A stretch of DNA of 12,781 nucleotides, taken from contig SUPR01000095.1 in the NCBI GenBank assembly GCA_005191425.1, forward strand, positions 1 through 12,781, read 5' to 3'. Positions within the stretch are counted from its first letter, which is position 1, and every line of letters begins with the position of its first letter. The position numbers and the translations under genes are program-made. The notes beneath the pieces are model-generated. The model made no database searches. It was not told the DNA's origin and saw nothing but the letters and a program-made list of their open reading frames with translations. Shown here piece by piece: positions 1 to 7,982 of this stretch. This DNA comes from Candidatus Helarchaeota ASGARD archaeon Hel_GB_B. GTDB lineage: Archaea > Asgardarchaeota > Lokiarchaeia > Helarchaeales > HEL-GB-B.

Positions 1-2
1 AG

Positions 3-134
3 ACATTACTCGATGTCCATGTTGCTGATATCATAATTCCAAATATTGCATTGGTAAAGGATTTTAAATCCAAAAGACATCCAACAATTAATGCTATAAA
101 ATTTTTCGGTTTAAATCCACCTTATTATCTTTAA
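3..134 (+). CDS. Possible 3' end of a gene entering from the left edge (partial, product unknown)
   Basis: Frame 3 is open from the edge and reads TLLDVHVADIIIPNIALVKDFKSKRHPTINAIKFFGLNPPYYL*, with TAA at 132-134. GC is higher than in the AT-rich intergenic tract that follows. No family recognised. Confidence 0.5.
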   Translation, partial: TLLDVHVADIIIPNIALVKDFKSKRHPTINAIKFFGLNPPYYL

Positions 135-284
135 AAAAATTAAATTACTATTTTCCTTTAATTTTTTAATCTAATTGTTTAATTTATAATAAGTTTTAAA
201 ATTGTTTAATAAAAAAATTCGAGTTCTTTTCCAAAATATGAAACTTTGATAAAATTAAAGGGATTAATAATTTAATACCTTATA

Positions 285-300
285 AGAAACCTTTTTAAAG
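285..300 (+). promoter_or_regulatory. Candidate archaeal BRE/TATA promoter for the Fe-S gene
   Basis: AGAAACC-TTTTTAAAG resembles a purine-rich BRE followed by a TATA box, about 90 nt upstream of the ATG at 389. Weak evidence in DNA this AT-rich. Confidence 0.25.
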
Positions 301-388
301 GAATGTTTTTATTCATAATAGATTTAAATAGTAGATAACATAATTTATACACTCATGAATGTGAAATATTCGGTTTTTTGTGATTTAA

Positions 389-1531
389 ATGTCCCAAGAA
401 GATAAAGACAAATATTATAAAAAAATTAGAGACGCTTTAATGTTACCTAAGGGCAATAAAGATGTTTTAAAAATTATTAAATTCTGGTTTACTCCTGATG
501 AAGCAAAAATTGTTTCTATTTTTAAGACAGCAATGCTTTCTTCTTATTCTTTAGAAAAAATTGTAAAAAAAACTAAAGAGCCTGAAAAAAAGGTCAAAGA
601 GATTTTAGAAAACCTTGCAAAAAAAGGGCTTGTATTCACATGGTTTAATAAAAAATCAAACGAAAAAATGTATACAATTCCCATGTTATTTCCAGGTCTT
701 TTCGAATGGTATTTTGCTAGCAAGCATAATGATGATAATGAACTAAAAATGGCTGCAAAAATATTCAAACCATTAGAAGATAGCTTCATATCATTCGCTT
801 CAAATTATCCTATATCTCGAGTCGCTCCAAGCATCAAATCGATTGAAAAAACTTTGGAAATTAACGAACAAGTCGAAATAGGAAAATCACAAGTTATGCT
901 TTTTGAAGATGTCAGAAAAATACTTGAAAATTCTAAAAGTATTGCTGTTATGGCATGTCCATGTAGAGTATTCCATGGAATTCTTGGAGATTCATGTGGA
1001 AAACCTATTGATGTTTGTATTAATTTAAATTCGTCAGCTGATTACGTAGTTAGAGAAGGTATTGGCAGAAAATTAACTATAGATGAAGCTATTGAAATAC
1101 TAAAGATGTCTGAAAAAGAGGGACTTGTACATATTATCAATAATCAATCTGATAAACATTCCTTTATTTGTAATTGCTGTGGTTGCTGTTGCGGATTTCT
1201 AGGAAATGCTAACAAATATAAGTTGGTCGATAAAATGGTCGCAAAATCTAACTACTTCCCAAGAATAGATCGAGAAATTTGTAAGTTATGTAAGACATGC
1301 GTTAAAAATTGTCCTGTAAATGCAATGTTTCTAAATTATGGAAATAAGGAAGACCAGTCCGATACCCAAATATTTGTTAGAGAAGATCTTTGTATTGGAT
1401 GTGGTGTTTGTGCTGCTAACTGTCCAACAAACGCTATATCTATGGAAAAAATCCGAAATATTACTGAAAAAGACCTTGAAAATCAATTATGGGAAGCTGG
1501 CGCTCGAAGTAGAGCTGAAAAAATTTTTTAG
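389..1531 (+). CDS. Multi-cluster iron-sulfur protein: N-terminal winged-helix-like region, Cys-rich core, C-terminal 2x[4Fe-4S] ferredoxin domain
   Basis: Two CxxCxxCxxxCP motifs (CKLCKTCVKNCP, CIGCGVCAANCP). Central ACPCR...C...C and ICNCCGCCC motifs. N-terminal SLEKIVKKTKEPEKKVKEILENLAKKGLVF has an HTH/wing pattern. Confidence 0.9.
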   Translation: MSQEDKDKYYKKIRDALMLPKGNKDVLKIIKFWFTPDEAKIVSIFKTAMLSSYSLEKIVKKTKEPEKKVKEILENLAKKGLVFTWFNKKSNEKMYTIPMLFPGLFEWYFASKHNDDNELKMAAKIFKPLEDSFISFASNYPISRVAPSIKSIEKTLEINEQVEIGKSQVMLFEDVRKILENSKSIAVMACPCRVFHGILGDSCGKPIDVCINLNSSADYVVREGIGRKLTIDEAIEILKMSEKEGLVHIINNQSDKHSFICNCCGCCCGFLGNANKYKLVDKMVAKSNYFPRIDREICKLCKTCVKNCPVNAMFLNYGNKEDQSDTQIFVREDLCIGCGVCAANCPTNAISMEKIRNITEKDLENQLWEAGARSRAEKIF

Positions 1532-1845
1532 ACAAATTTTTATGTTTTTTCCCAAGTAATTTACGAATTTTCTAAAAAATTCTAATTTTTTATATCTAAT
1601 AGTATTTCAAATTATTTTTAACTTATTATTAACATTTAATTTTACCCTTTTAATAAATTTATTCGGTCTATTTTAACTAAATCCGATATAATTTAGTCTA
1701 ATAATTTTAAAAAAACTAGTTGAACTCCAATTTAATTTTGTATATTTAATTTTATTTCAAAAATACAGAAATATTAATATTTACTAATGGAGATACTATT
1801 TCAAAAAGTATTTTAATTTCATGTTTTTTATAGGGTTTTAAATAA

Positions 1846-2445
1846 ATGGCATCTGCTAAAAATAGGGAAGAAATAAGAGAAAAATTGATCAAAAGTTATG
1901 ATTTACTAATTAACTTAATAAAAAAATTTCTTACAGATAAAGTAGATGTAAATATCAATGATATGGACTCTCAACTTTTAATCAGTAAATTAACAGCTTA
2001 TATTGATAGTTTTCAAGTCTCTAAAATTCAAGGACTAAGGATGTTTGTTAAACATATTAAAAATGGATTTACTCCCACTGAAAAAGAAGCCGAAAGATTC
2101 ATTAAACAAATTGAGGAATTGTCCGAAATTTTCGATCCGTCCAAACCTGAAAAAATTAAACGAATTGTTGAGATTATCCAATCAGTAACCGAAAATATAA
2201 TAAAATATTCTTATGAAGAATGGGCTAAAAGTCATTCTAAAACACTAGTAGAAACTGCAAAGCGTATCCAGCGAGTCACAGAATATATGGCTAATTTAAA
2301 TGATCTTGATGGTATTTATAATTATTACCTAAATTTAGTCAAAGATTTCGAAGATTCTAAAATTGGAAAATTATTATCTACTTATAATAAAAACGAATTT
2401 AAATCTGAGTTCAATAAAGTCCAAGAAATTTACTTTATGAAATAA
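1846..2445 (+). CDS. Hypothetical protein, soluble, predicted all-alpha
   Basis: 199-aa ORF with ATG start and amphipathic, charged helical composition. Convergent with the RmlD-like gene across a 24-nt gap. No recognisable motif. Confidence 0.8.
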   Translation: MASAKNREEIREKLIKSYDLLINLIKKFLTDKVDVNINDMDSQLLISKLTAYIDSFQVSKIQGLRMFVKHIKNGFTPTEKEAERFIKQIEELSEIFDPSKPEKIKRIVEIIQSVTENIIKYSYEEWAKSHSKTLVETAKRIQRVTEYMANLNDLDGIYNYYLNLVKDFEDSKIGKLLSTYNKNEFKSEFNKVQEIYFMK

Positions 2446-2469
2446 TATTTTAAATTTTTAATTTGATTT

Positions 2470-3399
2470 TTAAATGTATATTAATGGATTTTTTTTGTCT
2501 AAAAGATTTTTATTATAGGTCTTCTTCATAAACTCAAGTCCTGACTCTATATCTAGCAACTTTGATTTTAAATTAACTAGAGATTTATGAATTCCTAAAG
2601 ACAGGTCAGGCCCTCTTAGTTTACTCCAATTATAATTTGAAGCCCGGTCTTCTATTATTAACTCTGGATTTAATTTAAAAACTTCCGCCACTTTTTTTAA
2701 AAAACCAAAATGCGATATCCTTTCACTTCCGGCTAAATTAAAAATTCCGTCTATATTTCGATAACATAATTCAATAATTCCTTCAATTAAATTATTTACG
2801 AAAACTGGTGTAAAAAAAATGTCTTTATATCCTTTAATTTGTCTGCCATTTTCCAGGTTTGATAATATCTTAACAATAAAATTATATTTTGATCTGTTTA
2901 CTAAATCTAAACCATAAAAAAATGTCCGAATTATATTATATTTTAATTTTGAATCTTGAACTACTTGTTCTCCTAACAATTTAGTTTTTCCATAGACTGT
3001 TATTGGGTTCGGAATATCATATTCTGCATAATAGCCAAGTTTTCCATTAAAAACATGGTCTGTAGATATATAAATTATTTTTGAATTTATTTCTTTTGCA
3101 GCATCACAAATATTCTGTGTGCCCATTACATTTACTTCATATGTTAGTTCAGGTAATTTTTCGCAAAATGATATTTGCGTCATGGCTGCGGTGTGAATTA
3201 TAATTTTCGGTTGTATTTTCCTAATTATATTGAATACTTCTTCTCGATTTTTAATATCTAAATAATGCGTTTCAATACCGTCCATTTCAAATGAATTACT
3301 ATAATATGTAGTATGGACTTCAAAAAAACTTGACATTATCTTAGTTAAATTTCCACCTAATAGTCCACTTCCACCTGTTATTAAAATTCTTTGTTTCAT
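2470..3399 (-). CDS. rfbD: dTDP-4-dehydrorhamnose reductase family protein (extended SDR, RmlD/RfbD-like)
   Basis: ILITGGSGLLG Rossmann motif, IIHTAA, YISTDHVFNG, catalytic YGKTK (YxxxK), and the D...TP and G.FNLAG motifs of the RmlD substrate-binding region. Substrate is not proven. Confidence 0.85.
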   Translation of the reverse strand: MKQRILITGGSGLLGGNLTKIMSSFFEVHTTYYSNSFEMDGIETHYLDIKNREEVFNIIRKIQPKIIIHTAAMTQISFCEKLPELTYEVNVMGTQNICDAAKEINSKIIYISTDHVFNGKLGYYAEYDIPNPITVYGKTKLLGEQVVQDSKLKYNIIRTFFYGLDLVNRSKYNFIVKILSNLENGRQIKGYKDIFFTPVFVNNLIEGIIELCYRNIDGIFNLAGSERISHFGFLKKVAEVFKLNPELIIEDRASNYNWSKLRGPDLSLGIHKSLVNLKSKLLDIESGLEFMKKTYNKNLLDKKNPLIYI

Positions 3400-3503
3400 T
3401 TTTATATGACCATTCCAGTTGTTATCTCTTAATTAAAACAAAATTTATTTTTTAATTCATAATCAAATTTTTTTCTTTTTATTATGAATTTTTGTTATAC
3501 TTC

Positions 3504-3541
3504 GAATTTGTAAAATATTTTTGAAAGTTCTTTACAAATTC
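3504..3541. repeat. 11-bp perfect inverted repeat with 16-nt spacer
   Basis: GAATTTGTAAA (3504-3514) and TTTACAAATTC (3531-3541) in the intergenic region between the GTPase stop and the rfbD start. Confidence 0.6.
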
Positions 3542-3680
3542 TTACCATTAAATTGAAATAGAATTATTTTCTTATAATATTTCAAAAACTTAGATATTTA
3601 GAGTTGAATTAGAAATAGTTTTTATTCTATATTGCTAATTTAAATGGATAAAATAAAAAAAGATTGATTAAATATTCTTT

Positions 3681-4814
3681 TTAGGGTTTAATGTCTTCTA
3701 TAAATGCGAGTCCTTCATTATACCTACTAAATAATTTATTACTTATGTCTAAAAGGAGGTCTGCCTTTTCTTGATATCCCAATACTTTACTTATTTCTGA
3801 TGCCTGTTTTATTATATCCGAAGCTTCTAATATTCTACCTTGATTTAATAAAACCCCAGCTTTTTCCAATAATTTTATTCTATTATCTTCTTGAAATTTT
3901 TCGCTTATGAATTCAGTCCTACTTGCAACAACTCGTGCAGTCTTTGCTATAATTGTAAGTATAGATTCTTGGTAATCTGGATCAATTGCTATCATCTCAT
4001 ATGTTGGGTATCCTAACATTTTTTCCACTTCCTTTGCCGGCATTGCATCGGGCAAGTCTTGTTTATTTGCAATTATTGACACAGCTGCATCTGGTGTTTC
4101 TTTTTCGATAAGATTAACAAAAAACCTTGATTCTAATATATTTTGCCTAGTAGAATCTGTAATTAATATTACAATGTCACTTCCCTTAATAAATTTAGCC
4201 CAAACAGAAGCAAATCTGACCTGCCCCGCTGTATCCCACAAATAAAACGGAATATTTGATTTAGATTTCTCACCTTTTTTTCCTAACCCCAAACGACACT
4301 CTGTAATATAGCCTGTTATAGTTGGAATATGTCTCTTCGGTAGTTCTAGTCCTTGTATTAATTTTGTAATTGTTGTTTTCCCTACTCCTGAAAATCCTAT
4401 TAATGAAACTTTTGGCCTTAAGTTCTCTAATGCTTCTTCAGCGTATTTATCAAATTCTTCAAATTGTTGTAAATTAATTTCAAATGGATCAATTCTCGTA
4501 ATCTGTTCACCATAATTTTTAACAAATCGGTCTCTTAATACTGCAATTTCTTCTGTAATACTTTCATCAGTATCTGTTCTATCAAGCAGAAGGAAAATGT
4601 AAAGGTTATATTTTTTTTCTGTAGTATATCCTAATTTATAATTCATTAAATTTAATATTTCTACATATACATCCTTTTTTAGATTTGATTCATAGTCTAT
4701 AATTGAATGAGCAAGGGACATAACTGTCTCTTCAGGTAATGAATACGCATATGTCCGTGGGAATACCAAATTATGCCCAACAAAGATCATGAGTTTTCGT
4801 AAAATTGTTTCCAC
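3681..4814 (-). CDS. Small GTPase (Arf/Rab-like, Asgard type) with N-terminal longin-like domain and C-terminal helical bundle
   Basis: G1 GFSGVGKT (aa 140-147), G2 PTI, G3 WDTAGQ (193-198), G4 NKQD followed by Arf-like LPDAM (250-258). It has a 130-aa N-terminal extension and a roughly 80-aa C-terminal extension. GTG start. Confidence 0.92.
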   Translation of the reverse strand: METILRKLMIFVGHNLVFPRTYAYSLPEETVMSLAHSIIDYESNLKKDVYVEILNLMNYKLGYTTEKKYNLYIFLLLDRTDTDESITEEIAVLRDRFVKNYGEQITRIDPFEINLQQFEEFDKYAEEALENLRPKVSLIGFSGVGKTTITKLIQGLELPKRHIPTITGYITECRLGLGKKGEKSKSNIPFYLWDTAGQVRFASVWAKFIKGSDIVILITDSTRQNILESRFFVNLIEKETPDAAVSIIANKQDLPDAMPAKEVEKMLGYPTYEMIAIDPDYQESILTIIAKTARVVASRTEFISEKFQEDNRIKLLEKAGVLLNQGRILEASDIIKQASEISKVLGYQEKADLLLDISNKLFSRYNEGLAFIEDIKP

Positions 4815-4927
4815 GTCCTTTAATTCATTTTTAAAATGTAATCTCTTTTATTCTATTCATTTCTTAAATTGTATTAATTTTCAAATGAGTCACGTTTGAA
4901 TTATATTTAATTATTAAATTTTTATCT

Positions 4928-6061
4928 TTATTGATTTTTATCACTATTATTTTTAATACTTTTATTGTCTTTTTTAACAATTAAACCGACAATTTTGTTG
5001 ATTATCCATTCTAATCCAAGCATATAATTTAATTTTTTCCAAATTATTAACCAAATACTAATAAGTATGAATACACTGAAGGATAAAGTGAGGTATAAGT
5101 ATAAATTCATGTTAGTTAAAAAAAAACCATTTAAAAAAAAGGAGTCAAATAAAGGCGTCAGAAAAATTAAGCCAAAATGAATATAATAGACAGAAAAAGA
5201 GACATTTCCATATTCCACAACCAAATTCTTAGAAAAATCTATAATTTTGTTTTTTAATTTAAAATTCCGATAAAATGCTATAAGTAAAAAGATTAAATAT
5301 AGACCAATATTTTCCATTATATTTGATCCAAAATGGCTGAAATAGTCCGGATGACTGAAAAAATGAAAATAAGTGGCTCCAGAAATAAAAAGTATTAATG
5401 CTGGTGTCTGTATTTTTTTCAAAAAGCTAACATTAATTCCATTTTTGTCCACCTTAATTAATAATCTACCAAGTAGAAACCCCATACAATAATAAAAAAC
5501 CCATGGAAAAAAGGCAAATCCACCAAATACTGATGTATAACACAAAAACCACAAAATTGGAGTCTGAGTTAAATAATATATATAACCAATAAAGAAACTT
5601 AAAATTGTAAAACTCAATATGATTATGTTAGAATATTTAAATTGGTCTAATAAGTAAATTATAATCATTCCTAACCCTATAATTTTAAAAATATTCCAAG
5701 TCTGAAATGAAGTGGTCAGACCAACATACCCTGCAAATAAGATACTGAGTAATGTAGCAAAACCAAAAATAAGAAATGCTTTTAAAATTGTTTCTTTCGC
5801 AACAAATACTTTATTATAACTTTCTCGTTTTTTTAGAAAATAAACAAAACTATATCCTGATATTAAAAGAAAATTCGGTGCTATAATTCCACCTAAATTC
5901 GCTAACAAAAATTCTATTATTCCATGAGTAGTATTATAATAATAAAAAGAAAAGTGATAAAAAATCATTAAAATTATAAAAAATCCACGCACATAATCTA
6001 GATATGGATATCTATTTTTTTTTCTTAATATAATATTTGGTTCGTTTTTATTTACTGTCAT
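4928..6061 (-). CDS. Multi-pass membrane acyltransferase-like protein (DUF1624 / HGSNAT catalytic domain / acyltransferase-3 superfamily)
   Basis: N-terminal RYPYLDYVRGFFIILMIFYH signature, about ten hydrophobic segments, FPW motif, SFSVYYIH and C-terminal GLEW motifs. Confidence 0.8.
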   Translation of the reverse strand: MTVNKNEPNIILRKKNRYPYLDYVRGFFIILMIFYHFSFYYYNTTHGIIEFLLANLGGIIAPNFLLISGYSFVYFLKKRESYNKVFVAKETILKAFLIFGFATLLSILFAGYVGLTTSFQTWNIFKIIGLGMIIIYLLDQFKYSNIIILSFTILSFFIGYIYYLTQTPILWFLCYTSVFGGFAFFPWVFYYCMGFLLGRLLIKVDKNGINVSFLKKIQTPALILFISGATYFHFFSHPDYFSHFGSNIMENIGLYLIFLLIAFYRNFKLKNKIIDFSKNLVVEYGNVSFSVYYIHFGLIFLTPLFDSFFLNGFFLTNMNLYLYLTLSFSVFILISIWLIIWKKLNYMLGLEWIINKIVGLIVKKDNKSIKNNSDKNQ

Positions 6062-6186
6062 AATGTTCCCTTTTGTAATTATCTAATTTAGTTATTTTAT
6101 TAAAAAATTAATTGTTGATAATGATTTTTAATTGTATTTACATTTTGGATATTATTATCACTTGTAAATAAAATTTAAAATTTATT

Positions 6187-6214
6187 ATTTTTTTACTGTA
6201 ATTTTTTTACTGAA
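6187..6214. repeat. 14-bp tandem duplication
   Basis: ATTTTTTTACTGTA followed directly by ATTTTTTTACTGAA, one mismatch, intergenic. Confidence 0.5.
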
Positions 6215-6269
6215 ATCAATATAAATATTAAATTTCATATTTATTTTAGTGTTATCAAAAAAGTAGTAA

Positions 6270-7982
6270 TCATACTCCTTTAAATGCAGACTTTTTTAAA
6301 GAATAGACTTGTCCCCAGCCACTTGCTATTAGAATTTTTTTTAAAAAAATGTTGTCAATCGAAAATCTATCGTCCATATTTTTAAATGCGATTCCGATGT
6401 TATTTAATATTTCAATGACTTTAAAATAGGCATCATCCCTTGAAAATATCTTAAAATCTACTGACTTATAGAATATCTTACAACGTAATATCGCAATTTG
6501 CTCAATTATATATTTTTTATACTCAATTTTTATATCTTCATTCCAATTCTTTAAAAATTTGAATTCTATTTTTTCTAAATAAATATTTTTTAAAATATTA
6601 TTCCAATAACTGTTTGCCATTTTTAAATAAAAAGCACGAAGATGAAAAATTAAATTAGTGTCCATATTTGATAAATTCAAATCAATTAAAAGGTTAATTA
6701 AAACTTCGTTAAAAAAATCAAAACCAGAATAAGAAAAATATTTAAGCAAATCGTTAATTAAATCTTCACTAATATTTATGTTTTTAAATTCTGAAGAATC
6801 TTCTAATTCAAGGTTTTTATTTATTATATTTCTAATTTCTTCTGTTAGAGATCTTCCTATGTTGTATTCAAATTCTTTAAAATTTTTATATACTCTTGGT
6901 ATTTTTTCATAATTATTATTAATGAATTTAAATTTAATTAGACTGTAAAACGAGGTAAACTCGGAATTGAATCCACCAACGGACTTTAAAATTGATTCAA
7001 AAAAATTTTGAATGCCCACATTTAATAAATAACTTTTATTTTTTAGTAATAAATCTAAAATCAAACAAATTAAATCATTGGTATCTTGTTCATTATTATG
7101 GATTATAGATATTATTTCTTTAAGATTCTCCAGACTCCTTTTAAATTCGTTGTTTTTCTTAGAATATTCTTCATCTAAAATTTTCATAAATTTTTCAAAT
7201 TGAAATGAGAATAAATAATCATCAGGTGCATTTATTCTTTTAAAATAATGATCTAATAGGACATACGAAAAATTATCTAATAATTTTGGAGTAAATTTTC
7301 TTATTTTTATTATTTCAAAAATTCCCTCAAGATCACCTGATTGGACAAATTTAGTAAATATTTTTTTTATTAGTCTAATTGGAATGAATTCACTGAATTT
7401 TATTATGATTTTCAATTCAGGAATTAGGTCATAATCTAAATAAATTTCAATTGTAGTATTAATGTTGCCTGCAAAAAACATCGCAAGACCTGCTCTTTTT
7501 ATATCATTGTTCGCTTTAAAATACAGGTACAATTTGAACAATTTTTTTTTCAATCTTTTATTATCGAAGTTCCTATCAAAATCTGTTATTATCTCTTCAT
7601 TCAAGGTATCAATTTTACAGAAAAAGATATATAAAGCTCCTATCGGATCAATTTTTGAGTATTTTTTTAAATCATTGATATTTATTGAATCATTTTGGAA
7701 TTTCTTAAAATGTAAAATCATTTTTATTTTTCGTTTTAATATAAAATAACCTATAATAATTGGAAATATTGGCATGATAATAACAAAAATCATCGGAAGA
7801 ATATCTGAAATACGCATGTAATTCAAATTTAATAAAGAAATTATAATTAATAATATGATTATTCCTATTGAAATGCTTAATATAAATTTAAAATGCTTAT
7901 AAATTGGTAAATTTTTAATTTTACCATTGTTTTTTTTGATCTCGCTTATCCTAATTTCCTCCTGAATTATGTTTAAAGACAA
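6270..7982 (-). CDS. Hypothetical membrane protein: two N-terminal TM helices and a large helical soluble domain
   Basis: 570-aa ORF. Hydrophobic segments at aa ~33-53 and ~61-82, flanked by Lys-rich stretches. The track start (TTG 7982) overlaps the upstream gene; the true start may be near 7949. Confidence 0.8.
   Translation of the reverse strand: MSLNIIQEEIRISEIKKNNGKIKNLPIYKHFKFILSISIGIIILLIIISLLNLNYMRISDILPMIFVIIMPIFPIIIGYFILKRKIKMILHFKKFQNDSININDLKKYSKIDPIGALYIFFCKIDTLNEEIITDFDRNFDNKRLKKKLFKLYLYFKANNDIKRAGLAMFFAGNINTTIEIYLDYDLIPELKIIIKFSEFIPIRLIKKIFTKFVQSGDLEGIFEIIKIRKFTPKLLDNFSYVLLDHYFKRINAPDDYLFSFQFEKFMKILDEEYSKKNNEFKRSLENLKEIISIIHNNEQDTNDLICLILDLLLKNKSYLLNVGIQNFFESILKSVGGFNSEFTSFYSLIKFKFINNNYEKIPRVYKNFKEFEYNIGRSLTEEIRNIINKNLELEDSSEFKNINISEDLINDLLKYFSYSGFDFFNEVLINLLIDLNLSNMDTNLIFHLRAFYLKMANSYWNNILKNIYLEKIEFKFLKNWNEDIKIEYKKYIIEQIAILRCKIFYKSVDFKIFSRDDAYFKVIEILNNIGIAFKNMDDRFSIDNIFLKKILIASGWGQVYSLKKSAFKGV

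Noticed and set aside
544-789. 81-aa minus-strand ORF
   Set aside because: Fully antisense to the well-supported Fe-S gene; no motif.
1338-1559. 73-aa plus-strand ORF
   Set aside because: Alternative frame overlapping the ferredoxin domain; no independent support.
7462-7749. 95-aa plus-strand ORF
   Set aside because: Antisense to the 570-aa gene; hydrophobic composition typical of a shadow ORF in AT-rich DNA.
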